DNA of 62,004 nucleotides, the filler included, from Sphacelaria rigidula (Eukaryota), in the NCBI GenBank assembly GCA_964200075.2. It is 9 parts of 9 records of this genome, joined end to end, with 100 filler letters (N's around TTAATTAATTAA, not from the genome) between each part and the next. Parts side by side here need not be neighbours in the genome. Positions count along the whole stretch, not along the records: positions 20,704 to 27,504 come from CAXNAA020018015.1; positions 27,605 to 34,405 come from CAXNAA020018016.1; positions 34,506 to 41,305 come from CAXNAA020018017.1; 6 more parts are not named here. One strand, given 5' to 3'. Position numbers and translations under genes: made by a program. Under the pieces are notes generated by a model that had not been told where the DNA came from, ran no database searches, and saw only the letters and a list, made by a program, of their open reading frames with translations. Below, piece after piece: positions 23,351-34,715 of this stretch (the stretch's first letter is position 1; each line of letters starts with the position of its first letter).

Positions 23351-25849
23351 AGGCCTGAATCAATCAACTGAGTGACCATACTTCTCGTTTTATTCTGGAA
23401 GCACACAATCCCCCGAAGAGGGCACCACCAAAACGCATGTCTGTGGAGAGCACGTTCCTGACGCTCCTGAGGTTCCGTGTATTACCTGTTCCCCAGGCAA
23501 CATTCACAAGGACCATTTTCCGCACCAACAGCTCGCTAGCTGTGTGGTTTCCACAAGGGGCTCACTCCCACGAGAACTATCAAAACCTGTGTTTGCTCCA
23601 CGCGATATCTCCGAACCCAGACTTGACAACCAAAATACAAGCCGCTTTCCGTCGGGGCACATAGTTCTCATGTAGCGCCGACGGTAAGACACAAACTTAC
23701 GCATGAAATTACAACGACTTTCAAACACGATACGCTTGGGATGTTAGTGGTCCTGCCGGGCGAAGCCTTATATTCCATCTCGTTGCCACTATTTGGCTGT
23801 TATGGTATTTCGAAGGCATCTCTTGGAAAATGGCAACGCCTGAGCACAGGGACAAATGAGGCATTACCGAACCCTTTCCTAGTGCAGATGGGAGATCCTT
23901 GATTGATATGTTCTCAAGATTGCCCAACTCAGTCCATACCTGCCGGAACGACTTCTGTTCTGTGCACGGCACGGGCTTGATCGGAAATTCCATTGTTGAG
24001 ACACTGAGCCGTGTGTAGATCAACGTACATGAAGAAACTACATGGCCGTGGGACATGGATGAGTCCGAGATCATTCCGCAGGCAAGTAGTGTGTTGAGTT
24101 GAGCAGTCATAAAACCCGGGTTACTGGTCAGGATTCCACCGATTCGCTACGTGTACGTTAATTTCCTTTCTTGCTTCCATTGGTACCGGCTGATGGCCAG
24201 GCATTGATCGGCATTTCGGCTTTCTAAGGCAAACGGATGTTTTCCGCCCCCCGTCTCTCACTTGGGTCTGAGTCGCTTTTTCGGATAGCTGCATCCTTGG
24301 TCATGTAGCGATTCACACCTGGTCTTGGTACATCACCATCTCCCTTACTCCTGCGGACTAGCCGAGTCTCCACGGGCGAATATTAATTGTGGGTGAAAGT
24401 TCCCTTGTTTGCATCGTGCCGTGTACCTTATTTCCCCTGCTCCCAGTCATCTTGGCCTATTCCATACAAACCCCATACGGTGAAGGCCAACCCATTGGGA
24501 GTGAAACCCGATCAAGGCCCCCGCTGTTGTGTGAAGCAGGACATTTATTCACGAGTTACTCACGAGTCCCCTAAGAAAAACCGCTATCCATCACATGGTG
24601 TACTGTATCCCCTTTGGATGATTTTTGAAGTGGTACCCCGTTTCCGTCTGTGCCTCTCTGAATCGTCTTCACAAGTACAGGGAAGGGACACGTTCCGATT
24701 CGCCCCTTTCCTGCAGCGGATTGCACCGAACCGTCAGAAGTATTTTCGACAAGGAAATTTCGTACATCGCATCGGCTCAGGATGGGAAAAGCCATGCCAT
24801 GATAACGTCATAATTACGGCATGTACAAACAAGCGACCTTTCTTGGAACAGCGACTGTCCCTATAATTGTGCGGACTACTCGTGTCCGACGGTTCATGGT
24901 CTGCATTTCATCGTGATTAGTTTTACTGTAGGGTTAGGTGTAAGGCTCGGGTTGAGTTGGATCGCGTTCGGTTATATATTTATGGGATGGTTAATTGTGG
25001 GGTGATCAGTAGTGACACGAGAGATAACTTTGGATAAGCACTTTCGCCTCACTGAGATCGAGCCCTCGCTCGGACTCCTTTTTGAATCCTAAGTTGACGG
25101 GAGGGGGTTCGGAATAATTTTCTTCTTAAAGAGACATCACCTGGAATAAGATCTTTGCCACGCACATGCCGGCTGTCGTATCCATTGGTGCATAAGCCAT
25201 GACCAACGGAACATGAGCATCTCAGCCCAGCAAGGCAGTAGCGGTAATCACGCGAGAAGCAAACATGGGTTATGCATGTACGAAGAGGTCAGTACTTGCA
25301 GCAGAAAAATACATGAATGACAAAACGTGTGCCCTTCTCCCTGAGCCACGGCGAAGGGTTATCCTGCACGCGCACGGACTAGAACATTCAGTTTTGCATC
25401 ATTAATGCCCGCCGCCCACATCTATTTTCCACCTGTCTACGCCGATCAAACCGTCCTCCGAGCAATCACGAGACTGTCAGCGTACGAAACTTCGGAACAA
25501 GCACGGGAGGTGGAAGGGTAAACTATGATGCAGTGTGCAATGTTCGATCCGGAAAAGAACAAAATGGAAGGAACATATTTAAGAAATGGCTTTCGATACA
25601 TTTTGCACCGTAAGGAAGGGAAGGAAGATTCGATACGCTTGAGGTATCGAGGAGTAGATAGAGTCTGGCTCATACACCCCGCCCCCCTCCTCTCGCCCGC
25701 TTTGTGGGACAAAAGGGGGGTAGGCGCGACAAACAAAATACAGCAGAGACAGGAAACAGAGAACTAGGATTCATCCATTCGAAGCCCAAAAAACTCAAAA
25801 ATCGGAAAGTCCAACACTTGGAAAATTCAGAAGCCCAGATATTCACAGA

Positions 25850-26083
25850 TTATCGCCTCGCGGGGGAGACAGTTGACGATGATGCCACCGTTTGACTTGT
25901 CCGTTGAGGCCTCTTCCCCTTGCCACGACCACCCCCCTCCCTGGCATTTTTTCGTTGCATCTTGTTCAGAGTACGGCCCTTGAGTTCTTCCCTCGTCAAG
26001 GGTCTTGCGTCGTCGTCGTCGCTCCCGCTCTCTTCCGACGAGGAGTAATCCTCCAGCTTCGGTGGGTTAACATGGAGTAGTTC
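25850..26083 (-). CDS. Terminal coding exon resembling the C-terminus of outer dynein arm docking complex subunit ODA-DC2 (ODA1/CCDC114-like)
   Basis: Acceptor ctttctgtcag. ELLHVNPPKLEDYSSSEESGSDDDDARPLTREELKGRTLNKMQRK... ends in TAA. The acidic tract followed by RPLTREELK recalls algal DC2 C-termini. Confidence 0.62.
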   Translation of the reverse strand, partial: ELLHVNPPKLEDYSSSEESGSDDDDARPLTREELKGRTLNKMQRKNAREGGGRGKGKRPQRTSQTVASSSTVSPARR

Positions 26084-26137
26084 CTGACAGAAAGCACGGA
26101 CGGCGGTTGGGGGGGAGCCCTGATTTATCGTGTAACC

Positions 26138-26644
26138 TCCCTCTGAGATATCATATCCATCTTGGATGCCCATCTGGGATATGAATATTCGTCTGAGATA
26201 TCCATTCATGATATCAGATCCATGTCAAATATCAATATGTACGTAGGATGTTCCTGTGGGGTACAGACATCCATCTATTATAGGGTATCCACTTGGGATG
26301 CCCCCCTGGGATGTTATATCCGCAAGAGATATGCAGCTGGGATGTCGACCTGAGAAATCCATCTGCATTTTTTGCTTTTTTCCTTGATGGCAGGAGGAAA
26401 TTCAACCCAACACTTACCCCGCTGGCGATCGCAAACGATCGCGAGCGAGTTCGTGTGCAGATTACCCGAAGGCTCGGCTAGCCCGCCTTGCGGCGATCAT
26501 GTGGGGAAGGCGCCTCGAGTGCCAACCTAGGATACCTATCTGGGATAGAGAGACCATCTGGGATGTCATACTCATCTGGGATACCCATATGAATCTGAAA
26601 GATTCTAGATGTACACCCGCATCATATATGGATATCCACTTGGG
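26138..26644. mobile_element. Non-autonomous element with CCC termini and arrays of (CATC)TGGGAT/GATATCC subterminal motifs
   Basis: Left end ccctctgagatatc, right end ggatatccacttggg, with many internal copies of the motif. Confidence 0.5.
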
Positions 26645-27604
26645 ACAACTTGTACTTTCGTGATGAAGTTGGCGCGCACAGGTAGTTTCCCGGGGTGAGA
26701 GAAGTTTTGAAGCTACTCTTGCGTACCTACGTTGCGTTTCAAGTACGCACAGCGCTCGACAAATATATCGCAAGATCAGAGTAGATAAACTTCAATGAAA
26801 ATATATTATGTAGTGATCGGCAAACGCTCCCATTTGTCTGCCCCGACAATGCTCCGACCACGGTGCGCCACCCTTGCCTGGATATGTGAGACCCCCCGCG
26901 GCCTTTCCCCGATATATTTCGGGTGTGACCATTTCCACTCTGTGTGTCTCCACTATTAGCGTGAAGCTCGTGCTCAGTGGTGAGAGGAGTGCATATCATG
27001 TGTCCTTCACACCTACTTACCGTCTTTCACGCTATATTTGCATGTACTACTTTCATCCGGGGTGCACATGTTTCTGTGTGGGTGCCGCGTGTGACTTCTC
27101 ACGAATTGCCACCGGCGGATCAGTTAGCCATCGCATCCTCGACGTTGTTGCAGCTGTGTGAACGACGTGGAATACGGCTACATACACATAGTCTGAGAAT
27201 CTTTGCACACCATTCATGTATTTTCGTATAATGTCCCACAAAACAGACTGGATTAGTTATTGAGGTTCAACATTTTCATGAGTTTCAACTCGGAAACAGT
27301 ACTTTCCCTGACCTGAAGTCATGACCTATGAATTTCACATGGACAACCTCATGCCCCCCGACCTCCTTAAGACCATTTTGTGGGGGTTGCCCGTCTTCCG
27401 TGCCCCCAAACCGTGTGTGCGAAAGCACCTTTTCGCCTCGATATCGGGGCGAAAAAGGGGACGTTTTCAGCCCGAATTTAGTGCTTTGGCACTGGCGCGT
27501 TGGGNNNNNNNNNNNNNNNNNNNNNNNNNNNNNNNNNNNNNNNNNNNNTTAATTAATTAANNNNNNNNNNNNNNNNNNNNNNNNNNNNNNNNNNNNNNNN
27601 NNNN

Positions 27605-27678
27605 TTTCTGTTTGTTGGGTTCTTGTGGTTGTTGTACTCATTTGTTGCTTGCCTTAGTTGTGTGACCATTGACCACGT
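27605..27678 (-). mobile_element. Diverged copy of the same retroposon 3' end, with (CAA)-like tail
   Basis: Reverse complement reads CGTGGTCAATGGTCACACAACTAAGGCAAGCAACAAATGAGTAC-AACAACCACAAGAAC..., preceded by a C-run. Confidence 0.7.
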
Positions 27679-29743
27679 AGGGAGGGGGGGAATGTGGAAG
27701 ACACATCTTTGCATTGACATATCAGAGACTGATGCCACACATGTATGAAGAACCAGAGCAAGCAGGTAAAAGGTAGGAACGGTTGGAAAGGACCGGATTA
27801 CCGAGTACCCGTAACGCCAACGATACTAGACCACGTGGGGTGATGCCAGGAAAGAGCTTGATATTAGGACGGATCAACATCCCCGAGGAACTGGTCGCCT
27901 CCCGGCGGTCACTTCTCATCTGTCCCAACTTCTTGCCTACATGTCACAAAAGGAAATCATCGCCAGCCTCGGAGTTCTCTCGGCATCACGACGACAGCCT
28001 CCCCTGTAGTCTGTCTACCGTAGCGATACGCCTTCCTCACACATGTTCTCGACTGAATTTGAGTGCGGTTTCGTAGAAAGTCTCGCAAGTATTATGAGAA
28101 TTTCTCGCAAAATATCGCGAGGTGAGTTTGGCACTGTCGTTCATTCATAAATACGATAAAGTATGTTTTTCGGAGGCTATCAAACGACTGATGTTGTAAC
28201 CGCCCGAAGAAGGATGTTGGTATCTCGGTCAGTTACAATAATATCTTCCCGGATATTTGTAGTATATCATTGTCGGATATTTTTCTTAAGAAGTTTCCAC
28301 GAAGTATCCCATGTTACGTAGCTGATTTACCATATTTGATAAGTGGAACATGCCGCGGAACCATCTTTGAGGTCGCGATGTTCTCTAATGAACAGATATT
28401 GTACGGGCCCAGCTGTGATCGACACCCCCTAGGCCCACTCCCGTTGTTCTCTACCTTCACGCCATCATTCCCGCGCCATGGACCCTAGATAATGAGAAAT
28501 GAGTTGCCGAGATCATCATCGATTACCGAAAAGCGGCTTGTCTCGCAGCGGCTCAATGTGTGGGCCACAGCAATTTTTGCTACTCATATACCCCTCGTTT
28601 CTCTCATCTGATCGGTGAAAGGTCGCCGCATATTAGTATATTTAAAGGCTCTGGTTGGTACAAAAATCTCGCCACTCATATTTCTTGCCCGCTACCTGTG
28701 GACCATGTGCCATCTTTTAGTACAATAAGTGCGACTTTTCAAATACCAGGATATAGGGTATTCCCTAACCGGCCTGCCATGAAATCTTTCATACGCCGGA
28801 CGAGCACGAGTATGACCCGTGGCACTCGCGCTCGCTGGGTCGCTCGTTGTCCGATTTTGGAGGTCCTCGAGCACTCGAGTCATTGCTCGTTGTGGAAAAG
28901 TCAATGGGGCGAGCCGTTCCTTGTGGTGAACGGCTTGAGTCGAGGAGTCAGCGATCCGACGAGAAAATGATCCCAACGGGCTCTTCGAGGATCTCGGACC
29001 TATAATCTTCAGGTTCATATGCATATCCTCAACCGCAATGTCAATACGGCGGCCTATTGACAGCTTGCCGCCCTTACGGCGGGGTGGAGGAGTACTTGGG
29101 CGCATAACCATGGTTTATGTGGCCTGTGGTCTAATTTTGGGGCGGTAAACACAACTTCTCATAAGAATTCTCGTAAAAAGTCTCGGAATAATTCTCATGA
29201 CAATTCTCAAAAATACGGGACAAAATGGGTATATTTGGACACTATTTTAATGTAGATGACGATCTCTTCTTCTTTTTCTTGCATCAGCTTCGTTTGCAAT
29301 TTATCTTTCTAACGAACCCAACTATAGGATGATCGTCAACGTTTGAACACCCAAACCATCAAATGCCCATAAGTTCCCACACTTACGGGACAGAGGAAGT
29401 ATCTGTCAGAAGTCATCAGCACTGCCGACAGTAGGCGGCGTAGGACTAGCGAATGCAGGGAGCCTGCGGTGGTGCGGAGTACTGTCTGTACAAGCAGAAA
29501 AGCCGCAGCCATCAACAGTACAGCGGAAAGGCTTCGGCTTTCTGCTTGTACAGTGCTCCGCACCACCGCAGGCTCCGCTCCGCAGATGTGATGAGAGACA
29601 CACTGACGAGCGTCAGGTAGCTAGCTGGTTATGCCTCATGAGCAAAGAATTGCAGATGACTTCTTCACACGTCGGGCGATCACGACTATGACTCGTGGCA
29701 CTCGCACTCGTTGAGCTGCTCGCTGATCGTTTTTGGAGGTCCT

Positions 29744-29975
29744 CGAGCACTCGAGTCATTGCTCGTTGTGGAAAGATCAATAGGGCGAGCACTCGAGTTA
29801 TTGCTTGTCGTGGAAAAATCAATAGGGCGAGCACTCGAGTCATAGCTCGTTGTGGAAAATCAATAGGAAGAGTACTCGAGTCACTGCTGGTAATGGAAAG
29901 ATCAATAGGACGAGCCCTCAAGTCATCGCTCGTTGTGGAAAAACCAATTGGGCGAGTACTTGTGTCAAGTTCGTT
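29744..29975. repeat. Tandem array of about 5.5 x 42-bp units (CGAGCACTCGAGTCATTGCTCGTTGTGGAAAGATCAATAGGG)
   Basis: Unit starts at 29744, 29786, 29828, ~29869 and ~29911. A single-unit homologue lies at about 28800-28915. Confidence 0.85.
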
Positions 29976-30200
29976 ATGTTCTCGAAAAACATCAACGAGT
30001 GAACTCGTTTCGACGAGTAATGACTCGTCTGACGTGCGGGATCTTCCATGACTGGGTTTTGGATTTTTTTAGCTGTAGCGCACGCCTAGACTTGCTTATA
30101 TGGCATTACACCCTTCTCCGCATTCACGGTACAGGCAAGGCCTCCTACGGGGTGTGCAGGGTGTGCGAACCCAGTACCATGAATCCAGGATCAGTCACAC

Positions 30201-30449
30201 CTTCGCACCTGCTACACTAGTGCCTCGTGGCAAGTCTTCTGGCACCCCCAGGGAAAACGCCCGAAGCAGTGTGCCAGTCCGCAAATCAGGCCCGTCCGTA
30301 TGACCATCCGCCAATATTATCTCTGCAGTTCGACATGCCCGTACAAGATCTGAGCTGTGCCTCTGCCAGAAGTTAACGTTTCGAAGTCTATCAGCCGTTA
30401 CGGCCGCTTGGCGACCGCCAAGGGTGGTCAGATCGTAGCCTTGGTGTCC
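30201..30449 (-). pseudogene. Histidine phosphatase (phosphoglycerate mutase/TIGAR-like) internal exon, possibly pseudogenic
   Basis: CAG acceptor, GT donor, 83 codons: GHQGYDLTTLGGRQAA..ADRL...F....SSDLVRACRTAEII...LLRAFSLGVPE. This matches the family pattern LT..G..QA / SSDL.RA..TA / LRE...G..E, but the conserved E is replaced by A. Confidence 0.7.
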
Positions 30450-31529
30450 CTGGTGTACCAGTCCCTTTGAAGAGCAGATTGATGTAGGACAGCACGAGGG
30501 GTATGAGGAGAGAACAACAGAGGCGCGGGTTTTTGTCGTGGTGTCTGTTAAACTGGAACACCTAAGTGTACTGTACTGTACATAAGCGATGTTGCGGGAC
30601 GGTGCCTGCGATCGAATGCTGCACTGTTGCAATCAGCTAATGTGAGACAATCAATCGCTCAATCTACCGTGTGTGAGAAGTGAGATGTTGTTCATGTGCA
30701 TGAGGCCGGCGAGAACCAGCCGCCGTGAAACAGGTTTGTACGGACTTGCGCAGCGAGAATAAAACACCTGCAGGTTGAACATGAGACAACAGTGCAAGAA
30801 GCACCTGCAGGTTGAGAAGAAGCCAACAGTGCGAGAAGCATCGGCTGCACTACACGGGTACGGCAGACATTGGACGGAGCTATATGCTATTTCGCCAAAC
30901 CAAACCGAGGTACAGGGCGAGTACGTTGCAAGATCAGCAGTCGTACCGTTGTGCTGACTGTTCTCGACGAGCCTACATGCTTTTGGCCTGGGCCTACATC
31001 CACACACAGGGGCTGCATTACACTATAGCTGTTTCCAGGTGTCTTGTCGTGCCTAACAAACTAGAGGGTCACAACACAGGTTGGCATTTTAGCCACAAGA
31101 GGAGCAGTCACTCTAGGCAATAACATACCTCCGGCACGCGGACAGTAAGATGCTCTCGCACCTGCTGGCGGAGGGTTACGTGACGGATCAGTCGCCAGCT
31201 GAAAATACGAGGCCGCGTAAGAACATCCCTTAGTCATTTCCCATGAAATATAGCCAGTGCGGCGATGGAAAACAACGAAGGGACGGCTGCAGTCCGTTTA
31301 ATTATTAAACCTCCCTCTGTAGCTGCGCGTCCCCATTAACGCGGAACTCAATGCCGGAGCCACCGCGTGAAGTACCAGCCTCTCTTTTTCACTGACATCA
31401 GTGTATCGCCAAACTAGACGAGCGGCTATCGACTGTAATCGCCGAAGAGATGGCGTGAAATGTTGCGATATAAGTAGCCTTGGTAACACTCGACACAGTA
31501 GCACAGCACACCCGACCATCGAATCAACC

Positions 31530-33458
31530 ATGCCAAAGTCGCGTGCAGAACCATGTCCAGTTGGCGGTGGCGTCCTGCTCAAGTCGATGAACAAGCTTCT
31601 CAGAGTGGTGAGCGAGAGAGCGACGCCGGAGCAGTGGGCTAAATGGCTTGAACTACCCTTCAGGCTGGCTGCGGCAGGGGGTGATACGGAGCTCGTGCAT
31701 GACCTGCTGATAGCAGGCGCTCAAGCATGCGACCCCTTGCACGTGTTGGTGAACATTGGCAACGCGAGCGTCGTGCGGTACCTTCTCGACCGCGGGCTAG
31801 CACCAAACGCTCAAGATAGTGCCGGTGAAAGTCCTCTCCACGTTGCTGCCTTGCGAGGAAACGCTGAACTCGTGTCTTTACTATTGCTGAAGGGAGCAGA
31901 CCCGAACTTGCTGACGGCCGATAAAACACCTTCGCCTCTCGTGGCTGTAGAGGAAAGACACGCGGACGCCGTAAAAACTCTGCTGGAAGCTGGCGCGGAC
32001 GTTGCCGTGCGAAACCGCGACCAATGCCCGGCCCTCGATCTCGCTGCTACTAGTGGGAATATCCATACGGTGGAGCATATCTTGGAGCACGGGGCGGACG
32101 CGACGTCGCGGTCATGCTATCATCGGAAGACTGCTTTGCACTATGCCGCCACATACGGCCACCAAGAAGTCGTGTCATTGTTGGTGCACCACGGGTCCCG
32201 TGTGGACGAGGTAGATTGCGATGGAAATTCTGCGCTCATGCTGGCTGCTAAGCACGGAAAGCTCATGTCAGCAAGGGCTCTGCTGACAAACGGGGCCGAC
32301 GTTAGCCTGAGGGGTCACGGCGAGACCAGCTGGTCGGCGTTGGATCTCGCTTGCATTGGTGGACACGTTCACGTGGCGAGAGAGTTACGACGGCATGGAG
32401 CTGACGTGGATTCGACGAGCCCTCATGAAGGGAGGACTGCCCTGCACTTTGCTTCCCGCCATGGCCACGAGCAAGCGGCATCCTTTTTGATACAGGAGGG
32501 GGCATACGTGAACTGCTTGGATCGCGAGGGGGATGACCCGTTACTACTAGCAACGAAGCACGGGCATTGCTCCGTCACGAGAGCTTTGTTGGAAGCGGGG
32601 GCGGACGTCGACTCAAGAGATGCCCATCACTGGTCAGCCCTGGACTTCGCGACTAGAAATGGAGATGTCGACACTATGATCGAGCTTCTGCAGCATGGGG
32701 CCGGAGTGGCGTCCCGTCATCTCGACGGCACGACCCCTCTCCACATCGCTTCGGAATTCAACAGAGCGCGCGCCGTGGATGTACTAGTCGAGGCCGGGGT
32801 CAACGTCAACGCGTACAATAACGGTAACTTCGACATCGACACCCCCCCCCTTCATATCGCCGCAAAATATAATAGCTGCGACGCGATGCTTGCTCTGCTT
32901 AGGCACGGGGCGGATGTACATGCCGCGGACGGAATGTACAGACAGCGGACGCTGATGTCCGCTTGCGAACACCTGCACCTTGAAGCGGCAGACCTGCTGC
33001 TGAGGTGGGGAGCCGATAAAAACAACGTCTACCTTGACGGGGATAGCTCAGCCAGCGCCTATTTGAGACAACTGCTGGATAACGATCTCCTGGACGATAG
33101 AGTTGAGGATGAGATGAGGATGCAAATGCTGTTGGCGCGTACTCCGGCGGACTGGGCATGGTGCCGCCGGGGGTTGCTGGTCTTATGTCGGGCCTTGCCA
33201 CACAAATGGACCCCGCGATCGGCTAGTGACCTAGATGGTGTTGACATGCAGCGGGCGGAGAGAGTGAGCAGCCGTACAAGATCAAAGTGCGGCAAGGTAC
33301 GGGAGAGGGTGGCACAAACCTGTAGTGGAGAATCCGATGGCGTACACAAGGCTGGGGCGAGTAGAGAGAGCAACCCTGGCAGTTCGTGTGGCTTGGAAGC
33401 TAGGGTAGTGGGGCTGGTTGAAGAAGACCTATTTCAGTCTATCGTGATGTTTTTGTAG
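31530..33458 (+). CDS. Intronless ankyrin-repeat protein (642 aa) of the type expanded in brown algae
   Basis: Long open frame, ATG in caaccATG context, roughly a dozen ankyrin repeats (GESPLHVAA, KTALHYAA, GRTALHFAS, GTTPLHIAS). N-terminal RATPEQWAKWL and C-terminal LLARTPADWAWCRRGLLVLCR / EEDLFQSIVMFL signatures. Confidence 0.93.
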   Translation: MPKSRAEPCPVGGGVLLKSMNKLLRVVSERATPEQWAKWLELPFRLAAAGGDTELVHDLLIAGAQACDPLHVLVNIGNASVVRYLLDRGLAPNAQDSAGESPLHVAALRGNAELVSLLLLKGADPNLLTADKTPSPLVAVEERHADAVKTLLEAGADVAVRNRDQCPALDLAATSGNIHTVEHILEHGADATSRSCYHRKTALHYAATYGHQEVVSLLVHHGSRVDEVDCDGNSALMLAAKHGKLMSARALLTNGADVSLRGHGETSWSALDLACIGGHVHVARELRRHGADVDSTSPHEGRTALHFASRHGHEQAASFLIQEGAYVNCLDREGDDPLLLATKHGHCSVTRALLEAGADVDSRDAHHWSALDFATRNGDVDTMIELLQHGAGVASRHLDGTTPLHIASEFNRARAVDVLVEAGVNVNAYNNGNFDIDTPPLHIAAKYNSCDAMLALLRHGADVHAADGMYRQRTLMSACEHLHLEAADLLLRWGADKNNVYLDGDSSASAYLRQLLDNDLLDDRVEDEMRMQMLLARTPADWAWCRRGLLVLCRALPHKWTPRSASDLDGVDMQRAERVSSRTRSKCGKVRERVAQTCSGESDGVHKAGASRESNPGSSCGLEARVVGLVEEDLFQSIVMFL

Positions 33459-34715
33459 ACGGTGAGTTGCTTTGGTAGCGCTGGCAGTACCTCGCTCGCA
33501 GTCTGGACTGTCTTCGACTATACCCTAAGTATTGTTCTTGGGTGTTTTCCCCTGGACGTGCACCGTGGAGCTTCTTTCATTCGATACTGTTTCTTATTTC
33601 GAGCGTTTCATTAGTCGACGAAATCGATTGGCGAAGATTTTTGTAGCGATCTTTTTCGAACATGAAAACACATTTCGTAGCTTTGATTACCGTAGTTTCC
33701 TTTCTCGGTGATCGCATCGTGGTTCTACAGTTCACCACCTGTCCCTTGTTGTTCGCGGTATCGTGGGTGCCGAAGCCCTCATAATGGTTCCTGGCTGTTT
33801 CTAGTCATTCTGACTGGAGGCTACCTCGTATGTTCCCGAGGAGTTTGGAAAAAACTTCGGCCGTTTGCTCCCGTGGAGTTTACTGGAGCCGCTTATTAGC
33901 CCTTTTCTTGGATAACTTTCTGAGATCGAGAGTGTTCACTAGATACTTTTTTTCAACCCTACCTTATCGGAAAGACAGACTGCTCTCAGAAAGATGAAAT
34001 TTCGTCGTGAACGGAGATTATCGAAAACACCTCCCATCAAGCACTTACGCTAGCTGTGTACTCAAGGAAGAGTACAGTGGCCACTGGTTGGTACACCAAA
34101 TGAAATGTGGTTTCACCCGGGCGGACGCCCCCCATCTTCGTGTGGAAACCGTCAAACCTTTCCCAGAGTTGTAGGTTACGGTTCCGGCATGGTCTTCGTC
34201 GAGAAGAGTTATCAGGAGAAGGTCACTGCACGAACGTGTCTCAGGGTGTTTTTCGGGCTGTAAGAAATGGCCTGAGGCCGATGTAAAACAAAAACAGCGG
34301 GGAGGAAAGAAAGTGAGTGTGGACCTAAACTCATACTTCCTCTGTCCCATAAGTGAAGTCCGTTATGGGCTTTTAATCGTTTGTGCATTCAAACTCTTCC
34401 GATCANNNNNNNNNNNNNNNNNNNNNNNNNNNNNNNNNNNNNNNNNNNNTTAATTAATTAANNNNNNNNNNNNNNNNNNNNNNNNNNNNNNNNNNNNNNN
34501 NNNNNACCCACCCCCAGCCACGTACATTTACTGGCAATAAATATGCTGCTGATACTGCTGCTGCTGCTGCTTCTCGTGTGGGAGGCGGTCCGCGTTTCGT
34601 CGTGCGACATTACCCATGCACCTGGCACGTTGCTGATACTGCTTCATGCTTAAAAAAACAGTCAGGTGATCGGAATTTTCCCCTGTTTTTTTATCGCTGG
34701 ACCGTTTTCCTCAGG

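Noticed and set aside
16076-26083. Joining the ODA-DC2-like exon and the CNNM exons into one minus-strand gene or cluster
   Set aside because: They are on different contigs separated by a linker, and the 25850 exon ends in a stop codon.
31401-31529. N-terminal extension of the ankyrin ORF from the GTG at 31401
   Set aside because: GTG start is a prokaryotic ORF-caller convention; the first in-frame ATG, in good context, is at 31530.
27605-34405. Integrated phaeovirus (NCLDV) segment around the ankyrin gene
   Set aside because: No viral core genes and no dense intronless ORF cluster; only a single intronless gene.
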